Source of the DNA: Octopus sinensis
Lineage: Eukaryota
Assembly: GCF_006345805.1 (NCBI RefSeq)
Contig: NC_043011.1
Location: 27,788,464 to 27,852,463, forward strand
DNA length: 64,000 nucleotides
Reading direction: 5' to 3'
The notes under the pieces were generated by a model. It had not been told where the DNA came from and did no database searches. It worked only from the letters and a program-made list of their open reading frames with translations. This document shows positions 39,491 to 54,240 of the stretch, one piece after another. Position 1 is the first letter of the stretch, and each line of letters starts with the position of its first letter. A program made the position numbers and the translations under genes.

Positions 39491-39870
39491 GTAGAGGCGA
39501 AATGGCCTAGTGGTTAGGGCAGTGGACTCGCGGTCGAAGGATCGCGGTTTCGATTTCCAGACCGGGCGTTGTGAGTGTTTATTGAGCGAAAACATCCAAA
39601 GTTCCACAAGGCTCCCGCAGGGGATGGCGGCAAACCCTGCTGTACACTTTCACCACAACTTTCTCTCACTCTGTCTTCCTGTTTCTGTTGTACCTGTATT
39701 TCAAAGGGGCCGGGCTTGTCACAGTCTATGTCACGCTGAATCTCCCCGAGAACTACATTAAGTGTCTGTGGAGTGCTCAGCCACTTACACGTTAATTTCA
39801 CGAGCAGGCTGTTCCGTTGATCGGATCAACTGGAACCCTTGTCGTCGCAACTGACGGAGTGCCAACCACC
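39491..39870 (+). mobile_element. SINE with the same tRNA head and a third tail type
   Basis: TSD tgactactt. Its 3' half is homologous to 18232-18535 (minus strand). Confidence 0.75.
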
Positions 39871-40323
39871 GTGACTACTTAATTGTTCCTTCGCTCTTTG
39901 GTAATGGATATATAGTTTAGAAATGGTCTCAAGCATTGCTAAAATGTTAAGTCATTAACTTAGCAATCATAGCGGCTCGAGTTCGATGTCACCGCTCAGC
40001 CTATTCTCGCGTGCCTGTTGCTATTGCTTCGGTTTACTTAAGCCTAGTGAGTGAAATTTAGTTGAATGAAACTGTCCGTAAGCCTGTCAGATGTATTATA
40101 TCTCTTATTCAGTAGCCCCTTGTGGGTAGTAAAGAAATATATACCTCTTATTCAGTAGCCCCTTGTGGGTAGTAAAGAAATATATATCTATAATTCAGTC
40201 TTCTCACATACTGTATAAAAGTTGAATTGTCATAAGAAGCGCGCAGAATATTTAACCACAAAAATAATTTAATGTTCCCTCTCCTTCCCTCAACTCTCTC
40301 CCCCGCTCTCTTCCACTCTCTCG

Positions 40324-40355
<32 letters not shown>

Positions 40356-40842
40356 TAATTAGGATACCAAAACAAATAGATTTATAAATCTTACGTTAAA
40401 ACTATATTGAACATTTTCCATACGTGCACTGCCTGTATACCAACAAATTTCAAATCTATCTTTAGTATTGCGAAGTACATTTTGAAGCATTTTAGGTGTT
40501 ATCTCCTGTTCTGTTAACTGAATGAGCTAAACTATTGCTCCATCCTGGGGATAGGGGTAAACAGCTAAACTATTGCTCTATCGTGGGGATAGGGGTAAAG
40601 AAAATGATTTGCAGCCAAATTGGAGAAGAAAAAGTTGTCGTAGACAGATGAGCAGGAATCAACAGCAAAAAATAAAATTATAAACTAAATTATAAAAATA
40701 TAAATAAAATTAAAAATTAATACACTTTTGATACTCATAAATAAAAGTGAGTTTTAAATAAAATTGTCCGATTTCACTAAAAGAGCTATTTAAATCTGCG
40801 TATCCCAGAATTAACTAGCACTGATATATATATATATATATG

Positions 40843-41023
40843 TGTGACAAATATTCGGTTGCCATAATAAAAATCGAGTTTCTGATGTCGGGTCGGAAAT
40901 CTGCACCGGCATCTTTTCAGTTATCGGTTCAATTGCCTCGATAACGGAAGAGATGCCGGTGCAGCTTTCCGCCCCGACATCCGACACTCGGAGTTTTATG
41001 ATGGCAGCCGAATAATTGTCACA
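40843..41023. repeat. ~180-bp near-perfect hairpin repeat element
   Basis: tgtgacaa.tattcggttgccat...ccggcatc / gatgccgg...atggcagccgaataattgtcaca. A diverged right half lies at ~33725-33835. Confidence 0.85.
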
Positions 41024-41123
41024 TATTACATTACAAATAAATTCCTCTATTTACATAATATCGAGGTCTCATTCATTCTTTTGTTATATTACCATTACTA
41101 TTGATATATATATATATACTATT

Positions 41124-41165
<42 letters not shown>

Positions 41166-41930
41166 AGGGAAAGAAAGAATTAAAGAGAGCCAAGATAAAT
41201 ATCTTAGGGGAGCCAGTGGCATGACTTTGAAGAGCGAAGACAAGAACAGTTCTATTCAATGCCATACTGTTTGAATTATTGGCTTATTCGAACTATCTCT
41301 GCCTCCACAGGATACCTCAATTATGCTATTGCATCTAAAACAACTCCGTATCAGAAGGGGATATTATCATCAGAATCATGTATTCTGAAACGCATCTGTG
41401 CACTTTCATTCACGAAATATTGGTCAATGAAAAGCTACGAGATCGAAGACATAGACACACGAGCAAGAGATTCGACCCCGAAACAACATGATTACGGGAT
41501 AAAATTATGTTTATTTATACCAAGAGTACGTTTATTCTGTATATTGTTTCTAATAAATGATGTGTATATCCATTATAGACGAATATTCGATTCTTCTCAT
41601 TAATTCCTTTATTGTATATGTTTTAGCGGGAAACAATTCGCAAGCTTATCTGAATAGTAAATGTATAATCGACATTTTGCATCTGCGTAGATTATACACT
41701 GTATCTGATATACATATTTACGTATTTGTTTAGTTCGTTGTTAGGATATGTCGATAAAAATCTTTGCTTTGCTATTCCTTATCCTTACAATTAAATCTTA
41801 ACCTGATGCATATCCGTTCCAGTAGAACAAGCTATAAAATAATACCGAAAACTAATTCGATAGAGGTAAAAAGCAAAGTGTTGAAATGTTTATCGATTTA
41901 CGGCATCGTAAAAACAGAAAACATCCATTC

Positions 41931-41993
<63 letters not shown>

Positions 41994-42193
41994 TGGTGTC
42001 TATATAGTTGTGTGTATAACTATATATCTATTTAGAAAGTTCAATTCTACTTTTGTGTATTCAAATTTAATGACAATAACAAATGGAGAACAAACATGTT
42101 CTAACTACTATCAAGTATATACATACACAGACACAGACACACACACACCGCAGATATATATACATTTCGTTTTTGGATTCAGTTTGCAAGATT

Positions 42194-42194
<1 letters not shown>

Positions 42195-42236
<42 letters not shown>

Positions 42237-42255
42237 ATATATTATATATATATAT

Positions 42256-42286
<31 letters not shown>

Positions 42287-43044
42287 TACATATACATATA
42301 CATAAAATGCATGTATAAATATTTACACATATATATATGCATATGTGTGTGTATATAAATATATATATGCATGTATCCATGTGTTATGTATGTATGAGCA
42401 TGTTCGTGTAAATGTATGCGCGCGCGTGTGTGTATGTGTGTGTGCACGCGTAGTGGTTAAAAATACTTGGTTAAATGGAAAGAGAAGATAGGATATAGGA
42501 GCAATAAATGTATGCAAGAACAGCTTTTTATATCACAAAACCCGATTTTCTTCATATTTTGTTCATTAAAATTTTAAATCCGAGATATATTCTGAAGAGG
42601 GTTTCTATCGTTTCAGTGCAACCATCCATCACCAATACAAATGACGTCTTCATACACATGCACAAGCGCACGCACACGTACATACACACATGCATATATA
42701 TTATATAATATGTATAAATATGTATGCACATATGTTTATGTTTGTATTCACTGTCTGTGTGGGTGTATATATATAAATATGTACGTATATTTATATATAT
42801 ATATATATATATTGATAGATTGATATATATATAGATAGATAGATAAATAGACAGATAGATATGTACATGGATGCATATGTATGTATATGTATATATATGT
42901 ATATATATGTATATATATGTATATATATGTATATATATATATATATAATATATATATATATCTATATATATATATATAGATAGATAGATAAATAGACAGA
43001 TAGATATGTACATGGATGCATATGTATGTATATGTATATATATA

Positions 43045-43085
<41 letters not shown>

Positions 43086-43161
43086 TATGTATATTTACAT
43101 ATATATATATATATATAATATATATATATATATATGTAAATATACATATATATGTATATAT

Positions 43162-43195
<34 letters not shown>

Positions 43196-43241
43196 CATTT
43201 ACATACGTATACATCCATGTACATGTATATATGTATATATG

Positions 43242-43299
<58 letters not shown>

Positions 43300-43400
43300 T
43301 ATATATATACATACATATATGTGCGTGTATGTGAGTGTGCATGTGCGCGTGCATATATGTATGCTATGTGTATGTATGTGTGTGTGTTTGTGTGTGTGTT
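42195..43400. repeat. Compound microsatellite field (TA)n/(GATA)n/(TG)n
   Basis: Seen directly. Many similar tracts, e.g. 15700-15842, 16740-16940, 19020-19430, 20330-20420, 35780-35935, 58037-58205, 59859-60160; triplet tracts at 25955-25996, 44135-44245, 48835-48920, 53835-53950. Confidence 0.95.
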
Positions 43401-44137
43401 TAACAACACCGAAGAATTCAAAACCAGAAATATTAAAATTTATTATATATTGATTTGTTCAGGCAACAAAAGGCATTGTTTCATTTTGTGATTATATTTT
43501 CCTCAGTTATTTGCACCGGTAGTTTGACACATTCAAACACGTGCGTGGGCTGAATAATAAAGGGACAATGAAAAATATGTTGGTGGTGGTGGTGGTGGTG
43601 GTGGTATTTGCGTTTTCCTATTTTGGTCGGATGTCGAATCGCTCTTGTGTTGGACTTTGACGTTTTTCATCAGCCAGTACAGAGTCGCGATCGCTGATTT
43701 TCCCACCAGAGCGTTCTATAGAGGTTAAAGTGGCGCGCTATTTTGACGATATCTTTACAGGGGCTAATTAGTGAAACTCTAAGGAATCCCTCTCAACACG
43801 TGGTATGATGCTCTCCCACTACACCTGCTCGTGATCAGAGATGCACATATCGTCAGCAAGTAAGGAACACGTTCTGTTGGTTAAGGTTAAGCAACAACCA
43901 AATCTGTGGTATTGAGCAGAATGTTTGCTGCAGCCCATCTTTTGTACAAAGACAAAACAATGTACACGATAACATTTTGATGCAAGCTGGAAAACACTGC
44001 TTAGCGTCGTTTCGTTTCTCTTTACTACCCGATTACGTATTCTGCCAACTCGAACTTTCGGGGCGGATACAGTAAGTATCTCTTATAGACCAACCCCTCT
44101 CTACCACATTTCAGGCCTTGTGCCTATATTAAAGAGG

Positions 44138-44193
<56 letters not shown>

Positions 44194-46207
44194 CACCACC
44201 AACAACACCACCCACCACCACCACCACTACTACTACTACTACTAAAAGAAATGAGGTTGCAGAAACAAACTTTAAAGCGTAGAGAAAGTGCTTTGCAATT
44301 CTTTGCATTTTGTGTTTCAATTGCGCCGAGATTACCTTCGCTTTTCTTCCTTCGAGTCAATATATTGAAGTACCAGTTAAACACTGGGCTCGAGCTGGAG
44401 GAATCGTTAGAACGTCGGAGAAAATGTTTAACGGCTTTTGTTCTGGATCATTACGTTTCTGGTTCAAATGTCCTCGAGTTTCGCATAGGCTTTCATCCTT
44501 TGAGGGTTGATGTAATAACTACCAATTGAGCATTGGGGTCGATGTAATTGACTAGCCCTCCTCCTCCAAAATGTTTGGCCTTGCACTTATAGGAGAAAGG
44601 ATTAGTATCTTTAAGAAGGCAGCAAGCTAACAGAATCCTTTACATGTTGGACAAAATTTTTAGCGGCACTTCTTCCGTTTCTTTACATTTCGAGTTCAAG
44701 TCCTGTCGTGGTGAGCTTTGCAATTCCTCCTTACGTGGTAGTTGAAATAAAGTACAACACATCCACTGGAATGGGTGTGATCGACTATCTCATCAAAAAC
44801 ACGCCAAACTTGCAGTCCTCATTTCAAAATTCGGAACCATTATTAACTTTGAGTCTAATTTTTAAAAAAAATATTCATTCGAACCTCACCCACAATTAAA
44901 TATTCATTCCACCGACGTGGCTCCATTCAGTATTTTCTCACTGTTATTCTGATTGTAGATTTTAGTGAAACGCATGTCAGATTCTATTTACAAAGATAAT
45001 ATTTTGATAAATTATTTCCTTCATCTACTCGAATGTCAATATTTTTTTTCGTCTTTGGAATTTAATTACTCGCCTGACCAATAAATGTTATTCTTTAATA
45101 TAAAAATTAATTTAGATACTTTCTAAATTTCTCTTTTCTTTTCGCTCATAGTTTTATATTATTTGTTTTATGCGTTTTCCACTTTATTTGTTTCTCATAT
45201 CCTTTACTTATGATGACGTTGACCATCATTTTGTATTTGATGATGTTAACGATGATTATGATGATTGTGACGATTATGACCGTGACGATGACGGAGGCAA
45301 ATACGACGACGACTTCGTTAAATTTACGAGATGGCAGTGTCGGTTACAAAATACAATTGTTTATCTATTTGAATTATGAGATTGACACGCTTCGTAAAAT
45401 AAAAAAAGAACAATATTAATTGGGCGAATAATGAAACTTTTAATAACAAAAACAACAATAAAAAGAGTAACAACAAACAACAATCTACAAGAACAACAAC
45501 AAACCACAATCTACAAGAACTACAATGAAAATTAGCCTCAAGGTTTCGCACACGCAATACGATAAACGTAATAATCTTAAAGCTTAGCTTATGATACACA
45601 TGAGGTTGAACAAAGATACAAAAATTTCGAATTGAAAAGCCAGCCTCTTATGCAATAAACTGATTATAAAAATGCCAAATAAATAGAAAATACATTTCAA
45701 CAAGCATAATCTTCCATTGTAGCATTCCCTCCGTAACTTATAATGCCTTTCTGGTTTGTTTACATATATTATATGTAATATTAGACATTTTAAGTAGTTT
45801 TTTCATTAAATTTGGATGAAATTGATCGCTGAAATTGATGGGATGCGCAAGGAGACGTGTTTTTGTGGGTTTGATTCTGGCTAAAGTTAGCTCATTATTT
45901 TTCGGTCAATTGTTTGTATTTAAAAATTGTCGATTCAAATCGGAAAATATACATATTCATTATGATATATTTCAAAAAGTATAATAATTAAAACAAGGTA
46001 CACTATAAAAAGTATAAATATATGCAAACCATAAAGTGAGGATATTTTAATAAGTTTGAGCCGAATCCCTTCATAATTGTCATCTTCAAAGCAACTTATC
46101 TCTGAGTTCGAATGCTCTCAAGTATTCTTTCTCCCTGTCTCGAATGATGGATGATGCAGGAAGATAAAAAGTGTTCAGGGTGCAAATCTTACATGTATAT
46201 ACATATA

Positions 46208-46286
<79 letters not shown>

Positions 46287-46707
46287 TTATACTTATTTAT
46301 GCATGCATGTACGTTCGTGTGTACGTATGTATATGTGAATATATATATCCTTATATATTTATACATAGGTATGTATTTATCCGAGGGTGCAGTAAGCCAA
46401 CGGAGAGCAAAAAACACTTGGGCTTTGTTACGTCTGGGAGAACGTCAGCTCGTCTATAAATCTCCGCTACTGTCCTGTGCGAAATATCTAATTAAAACTA
46501 GCTATTTCTCTATCATAAGAAAATCTTATGGCAGATAAATAGCTAGTTTTAACTGCTACTTCTAAATTTCAGTATGTGGTGAAGCAAATTTTTTTCCTGA
46601 ATCCTAATTATAATTATACTCATAATTACAAAAAAAAAAATATATATATATATATATACAAAATGAGAAAATGGAGAAATATATCTAAGTCAATCATCAA
46701 CTATCTC

Positions 46708-46753
<46 letters not shown>

Positions 46754-48399
46754 CATACAGACAGACATATACATACACGCATATATACGTACCTGCATAC
46801 ATATACAGACACACATATATGTATATGAGTGCGTGTGTGTATCTAAGTTATGTCACTCTACTGTTATTTTTATCCAAATCTAATGCCCATTGGCGATGTA
46901 GTTAGTTATCGAAATGTTACGGAATGATGTTATATGTTGTTACATAATAATTGAGATAAAAACCAAGAAAATAAATATTAACAACAGAAAGAAAAATATC
47001 TAATAAGGAAGCAAAAAGCAAACAATAAGAAAAAATGCGTAATTATTCGTTCATAAAGAGAAACAAATCAAAGAAATACATACGAAAATAAGAAAAAGCA
47101 GAATAAAATGTCTGGAACTATGGAGAAAATTAGTTCCGTGGATATGTTGCAAGTCGGCAAATATTCAAGAGTAGTGAGTAATGAAAATTTAATAAGTTAA
47201 GTTATTTAAAATCAGGAATAATTTATATCTAAAGCTAACATAAATTCTCCGATAAAACAAACCGCCTGTCGTTTGATAAACTTGGTAATATTTTATATCC
47301 TGCAAGGGAATAATTTCCAAAACGAGATAAAATTCAAAGTTCCGATCGAACCACTACTAGTATGAAAATGCTATAGTCTTTATTGCAACTTACTCCAAGA
47401 CACTTCCAGATTTAAATAGAATGGAAAGTATGTATTTAGTTAGTTAAATGTAATATTGGTTTCAGATTTTGATACAAGGCCAGCAATTTCGTGTGAGGGC
47501 TGTAAGTCGATTGCATCGACCTCGGTGTTTACTGATAATTATTTTATCGACCCGGAAAAGATAAAAGGCAAAGTACACCTCGGTGGAATTTGAACTCGCA
47601 ACGTAAAGACGGACGAAATGCCATTAATCATTCTGCCTGGCATGCTAACGATTCTGGTAGTTCGTCACCTTTTGTGAAATATTCAAATCCAAGAAAAGGA
47701 GTTGTTTAAAAATAAAATAAATGCACCCATTTAAAGCCTAGTCAGGCTCATGGGCCCGGTTTCCTGGTTTCTATGGCGTGTGTGTTTCCCAGCTGGACGG
47801 GACGCCAGTCTATCGCAGTGTTACTCATTTTTGCCAGCTTTCTCTTTTTTTTGTGTGTGTGTGTTGTTTTATTACATGTTGTAGTCGTCCACTTTTTGTC
47901 AGTGTTTTTCTAACTCAACTGTGGTTATTTTATAGTAATTCTCAAGGACACGACCTTCTTCTGGAGAGGGGTAGATATACTCTACCTGTGTGTAGTTTGA
48001 AGTTGTGACTTCAGTGTACTGTTAACAGTTTACTGGTTTGTCTAAGTTTCTCAATTCACTAAAGCTTATTACATTGAAGCTGTAAATTTTTATTGGTATG
48101 GCTATCCATGTTTATCTCTGTTATCTTAATTTTAGCATATAGTTCAGTGTTTAATATTAGTCTGACTCTTCTGTAATATTTTCTCCTAATTTTCTCTTTC
48201 ATTTTAAGAATGAAGCTCTTACTATTACGAATTAAGCTAACTCACTTTTGATTGGATTTGATAAGACTACTGTTACGTAAACTTTACCCCTAACTATGTT
48301 AACATTGTAAGCAATTGCTGCGCCATTGTGTGTTGTTTTTAGCTAATTGGTCTATTCTTAGATTTGTGTGGGCGGTTGTGGCTTAATTCTTTGATTTCT

Positions 48400-48700
48400 A
48401 TGTTTATGTCAAGTGCAGAACTTCCAGTGCTGAATAATTTACCTTTTCTCAATGTCGCTTATGTCGAAACCCATGCTAATTCTGGTACCCTTGTGAAACT
48501 ATGGACACTTTTTTTAAAAGTGGTGCTTTTAGTGAAAATTTTAAAGCTATCCATACATAGAGGATGATTTATAGTTTTTCTATACCAGCTGTACCCAATG
48601 GTGGCTTCCGATAATAAGTCTGTTAGTGCAGCCAGATCAAGGCAGACGAGAAAGATGGGGGAGACAACGAGCCTCCTTGGAAGATTCTTCTTCCTGTGGG
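48400..48700 (+). mobile_element. Degenerate Penelope-like RT fragment
   Basis: NNLPFLNVAYV resembles the PLE motif LPFLDV. Confidence 0.3.
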
Positions 48701-48861
48701 TGTAAGGCAGATTTTAATGACTTGGGACTCATTGTTCGATTTTGTGCTGGCGTTTCAATTTCTCATTGCTCGCCTATATGTTAGTAGTGTTGAAGCTACT
48801 TTATTTGTGTGGAAAAACAAGAGTATGCATTATTATTTTATTATTATCATTATTATTGTTG

Positions 48862-48897
<36 letters not shown>

Positions 48898-49439
48898 GTA
48901 GTAGTAGTAGTAGTAGTAGTATTCTCTGCTAAGATTTATGTGAGTAACTTTATACACCTTGAATCTATATCAGAGGAAGTCTCAGGGTGAAGACCGCAGT
49001 ATTCGACGTTATAACAAGTCATTTACGTTTCGTTGAATATAAAAGACTGCCTTTGGTAGAAATACTGCTTCCGTCGCTAATAATTATTTCTAAATAAGCC
49101 TGCTAGCTATTTGCACCATCAGTGACTGAAAAGACACTGATATTCTCCATATTATCGCAGCGAGATTTGTCTGGTGTGCGGTCAACTAACGTCTGGCACT
49201 GAAAAAGTGCAGTTCACTGTAATCATGTGATTTGGCAGTTCCGGTGCTCATACCAGACCATTCACATCCGCTACGATTTATGTCTATATGCGTCTATATG
49301 AGACCACATGTGAAGGTGAATACCACTGTATCCCGCTTCCAACAACCATGTTCAACTGGATATAAAGATTGTCTTTTATTCCTAATATTGCTTCGTTGTA
49401 AATAAATAATACGGTGAATGTAACGTAAATTGTTCGTTG

Positions 49440-49640
49440 CATTTTAAGAATGAAGGTGTTTTACTATTATGAATTAAGCTAACTCACTTTTGATTGGATT
49501 TGATAAGACTACTGTTACGTAAACTTTACCCCAAACTATGTTAACATTGTAAGCAATTTCTGCGCCATTTTTGTTCCCAAGAAACATATTCAGTTGAAGA
49601 AATATTCGGACGCGTTTGACTATTTCCGTCTGTATGGTAT
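49440..49640 (-). mobile_element. Probable mariner 5' relic; ~130 bp of it is repeated at 48200-48328
   Basis: Direct repeat seen in the sequence. GNKNGAEIAYNVNIVWG resembles the mariner N-terminal HTH. Confidence 0.4.
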
Positions 49641-52019
49641 TGAATTCCATAGAAAACGTGGTGGATTTTAGACAATACATCTCTGCATATTTGGGAATGG
49701 TGATCAATAATGCTGAAATAGACGTATTTACAGTTAGCTTTTTCCGTTTTATTTGAAGCAATCTATAACCCGACATTTTTTTGTAATGGTCCAAACTTGT
49801 ATTTAACCTTGTGTCTTTAATTATCTTGTCTAAAATTGATTTTATAAAAACGTCCAAATCATTTTGCTGGTTTATTATTCTAAATATGGCTTAGTCAATG
49901 ATTTTCTTCCGTTGTTTTTAATCAGACATTAAAATTTATGTTCAGTGCTCTGTGTGTTCAGAGCATTGGAGATTCTTCTCAATATGATACAGTTAGTTTT
50001 TATGCAAACGTTTATAACATTAATGTGTGAATGTATTTCATGAGTCATTGCTGATTCCGCATACATGTTAAGTTTTTACTGCAAAAGCTAAAATGTATTA
50101 AAGTGAATTTTCTCTATGTTATATCCAAATTTAAAACAGCTTATCAAAAATTCGTTTCTCTTTCTTATGATTGCAGGCTTCATTATATTGCAAACAACAT
50201 TTTCAGTATCAGAATCTCTCTGTTTTGTGGGTTGATATTTTCCTAATTTGAAACAACAGTAATATTTCTAAAGTGTTTTGAAAATCTCGTGATCATGGAA
50301 ATACACATTCTATCAAACATGATTTATCGTACTTTCTACTTTAAAATTTCTAAAGAATTTTTAAACAGTTTTTTTGTTATATGTTTAGCTAATCGCATAA
50401 TTTAATCATCGTGAGTAAAAACATCCTGAGATGTTTAATAGATGGCTGCCACCAGGCAACAATTTCAGACAATATATCAGCGTAAAAGAGAAGTTGATAA
50501 CACAAATAACGCCATCGACTCTAAATGCGTTGTCTGTTGTAATACTTTATATTTTCGCATGTCAAAATATATAACTGCACCATATACAGTCATATATTTT
50601 GAAGAATTATTTTAATTAGAAGCAAGATCAATTACTGAAAAGTGGAAGATATAAACAAATAAGTTGGATTTTTTAAATCATTGTGCCTGTTCAAAGAAAT
50701 CTGATTGCAAGGGTCACGCCTGTATTTGCCGGTATTTAACTTTAGGAAAAAACAAACTACATTATTTAATATATTTATTATACTATTCGTCTATGTCAAG
50801 AGTTGAATATACCTACATACGTAGTTGTCGAATTTTCTCTTTTTTGTGTTACTATTTTTCGCTTTAAAAAACTTTCCGAGCTAATCGAATAGGTCATGTC
50901 TGTTGAACAGTTGTTCAATAACATGATGCTGAGTCTACTTTATGATATGTCGATGCCATCATATTGGCACTCTTTTTGTCTTTAAATGTTGGTTGTTTTT
51001 AGTCTTTTGCCATATACTATTACTGGAAATATCGAATACCACAACGGTATTAGTTTTAAATATAACGTAATTACGTCATTAGTATTGTATTTTTTTCCAG
51101 TACAGCTCTCTTGATTCGTATGTTCGGTTCTGGCTAAATTTAACAATTGCCATTTCCCCGTCTTTTGATTAGTTTTAAAATAGACGTTAGTCATTTATTC
51201 TCAGCTCTAGGCAAAAGGAAAAAAACTTTCAAGTTTTCTGACGGCATAGGTATTCGTTGTAAATGTAATTGAACTTCTTTTAAAGCTAAACTGTCAAAAA
51301 CACTTGTTCTGCATATAGAATATACAAAGCAATTCACACGGCTACTTTAAAGGTTACCTAATAAAAGATAAAGGTTATACATACTATATCCATAGTTTAA
51401 AGATAGCAGCATTTATTTTATGTTTGTATTTTTTAGATCTGAAACATTTCGGGTATTTTCCCCTAACATCGATATAACAAGACACATTATTTACATTGTA
51501 AAGAAAGTTGCGTGAACTCAATTTTTATCTCCGTTTATACTAGCTTATTGAACGTATGGGAATCTCACAGAAGTTAGTTATCGACCAAGCTCATTAAAAA
51601 CCCAATATACGGCTGTATTCAAAATATATTCTTGCCGAACCGAAATGCTAAATAATTCCGGCACCATTTAGTAAACGGAGATATATATCAATGAAGTAAC
51701 GCCTAAAATATTCCTGTTTTTCTTATTGTAGTTAATGGAAGTTGTAGATACATACGGTAAAGTTTTTAATATTTTGAAAGCCGTTATTTTAAACATGATG
51801 CCAATGTTAAAACACGTTGAAAAATTGTGCCTGAATGCTTATCGCAGTGGTCCTCAATCGGGGTCCATATGACCATTGGGGGGTCTACATAAGATCGTTG
51901 TTAAAAGACAAGATTGTTGTTAACATATACATCCATAAAACTGGCTACTATCCGACAATACACAAAATAATTTTAACAATTTTTGATACAATCTCTAATA
52001 ATTTTAAAAAAATAAATGC

Positions 52020-52250
52020 ACCCTTTTAAAGCTTAGCCAGGCTCATGGTTTCAATGGCGTATGTGTTCCCCAGCTGGACGGGACGCCAGTCCATCGCAGA
52101 GTTACTCATGTGTGCTAGCTGAGTGGACTGGAGCAACGTGAAACGGAGTGTTTTGCTCAAGAACACAACGCATCGCTCGGTCCAGGAATCGGAACCACAA
52201 TCTTACGATCACAATGCTGACAGTATAACCACTAAGACACGCGACTCCAG
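52020..52250 (-). mobile_element. tRNA-head SINE with V-domain-like body
   Basis: cccagctggacgggacgccagtccatcgca; partial homologue at 47725-47840. Confidence 0.65.
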
Positions 52251-52348
52251 GTTTATATAAACATTGGCATATAATGATATATTGCCCCAAAATATACCTG
52301 AAACAACAAATATTCTTGCGAGTAAACAAACGTTATTTCGAAAGAAAT

Positions 52349-52456
52349 TTGAAGTGTTCGGGTTAGGGTTAGCTTTAGGGTTAGGGTTATGTTGGGTTAG
52401 CTTTAGGGTTAGGTTTAGGGTGAGGCTTAGGTTTAGGTTTAGGGGATAGTGTTAGG
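52349..52456 (+). repeat. Degenerate interstitial (TTAGGG)n-like tract
   Basis: gggttagggttagctttagggttagggtt... about 17 imperfect units. Confidence 0.75.
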
Positions 52457-54010
52457 GTTAAGGTTAGGGGTTAGAGGAGTAAAGGAATAGAGAGATGAAG
52501 AAACAGAAGAAAAAAGAAGCGTAAAAGTTCACAGTTCAACTTTCCGATCATGTAGAAGTAAGTCTGTAAGTCCTTAGGTGCAATCCTGCTTAAAGTAGAT
52601 TCAAGTCCTGATAGATAAATAACCAGAAATAGACGCGAACATATTTTCGATCAACAACAGAATAGGAGCAGAGTTGGCTAAGTGGTAAAATGAAAGAAAA
52701 GTAAATAAATAGAAAGAGAGGTAGAGAGAATGATGGAGGAAGTTAAGGATTGGCGTTAAGGATAAAGTAAGGTATATAGAAATATATCGTCTAAGAATAT
52801 AGTGTACAAAAACAGCCAAGAAGAGAGAGAGGAGGATAAGGTAAAGGAAGATAACGTAAAAAAGCAAAATAAACAAAATAAAGTAAAATGAAAAGAATTT
52901 AAAGAGAATAGTAGGTGCCAGTGGTATTTTTCTAGTCTAGGGGGTTTGGGGAGGAAATCTAGTAGTAAATACTTGTGTCCATTCTGGCTAAGGTCATTGG
53001 CTGTAGAATTGCTTTTAGCAATATGGTTTTGGGTGGGTAGGTAGTCGTGAATGGAGAAACTAGTTGCATTAAATATTAGAATTAAATATTAGGGGATTTA
53101 TGAGATTAAGGTTTAAAAATAAATTAATATTTATCTTATAAAGTGATGAGGAAAGGTTGCTAGAAGAGATATAGAGGTTTATGTGTTAACGATCAAGTAG
53201 GTTTGTATATGAGCGTTATTCGTGGTGGGGAGGGGCGGGGGTGAAGTTACCTTTAGATATATGGAAGAATTTGTCAACACGTTGTGAGGTTTTCGTTAGG
53301 ATTATTAAGGGATAAAATTTTCACTGTTTCTTTTAAGCAGAGTCCACAAATGGAGTGCTGGCCCTGATATGGGATGCCAGAGTCTGATATAGCCCAGGAT
53401 ATAGCCCAGGAAAATCTATATTGTATTTTCCCTTTAATTTGATGGTGTACGTGGTTGGAATTGTTATTCTCTTTATATAGTGATGTGGAATTGCTATTAT
53501 CTTTATATCTAGACGAGTTTAAGTGTGCATAATATTTCTGTTTAAAATTTGTGGTCGATTCACTGTAGTAGCTATACGTGTTATTTACTGTGCTGTGAAC
53601 GGTGCATTGATGTGCGACGTTGAATCTTCCGCAATGGGCTTGCAGCGGGCAGTCTGTCCCAGATCTGCAGTTGCAGCTATCAGTTTTACGATGGCTAATT
53701 GGAGAGAGAGTAATGAGGTAGTGCTGGTAGTGGTTAGGGTAGTATTAGGTGAATCGTTCCTGATATTGCTGTTGTCATTGCCATCATTTCTGCTATTAAT
53801 ATCAACGCCAGCGTCACCATTACTATGATTATTGCATCGCTATTATTATTATTATTACTATTAGTAGTAGTAGTAGTAGTGTAGTAGTAGTAGTAGTAGT
53901 AGTAGTAGCAGCAGTGGCGGTAGTAGCATTATTAGTAGTAATGTTAGTATTAGCAGTGGGAGAGGAGGTGATATTACTGATGCTATTGCAGCTATTAGTA
54001 GTTATTTGTT

Positions 54011-54240
54011 ATTTCTTTATTACCCACAAGGGGCTACACACAGAGAGGACAAACAAGGACAGACAAACGGATTAAGTCGATTACATCGACCCCAGTGCGT
54101 AACTGGTACTTAATTTATCGACTCCGAAAGGATGAAAGGCAAAGTCGACCTCGGCGGAATTTGAACTCAGAACGTAGCGGCAGACTTAATACCGCTAAGC
54201 ATTTCGCCCGGCGTGCTAACGTTTCTGCCAACCAGCCGCC
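54011..54240 (-). mobile_element. SINE family M, full copy
   Basis: Reverse complement of the consensus; 18-bp TSD attgcagctattagtagt. Confidence 0.85.

Noticed and set aside
50982-51207. Strong minus-strand acceptor followed by a 70-aa ORF (MTNVYFKT...)
   Set aside because: No recognisable domain, no convincing donor or partner exon; insufficient support for a gene call.
51846-51900. hAT-like terminus cagtggtcctcaa (similar at ~32575)
   Set aside because: No matching opposite TIR or 8-bp TSD found.
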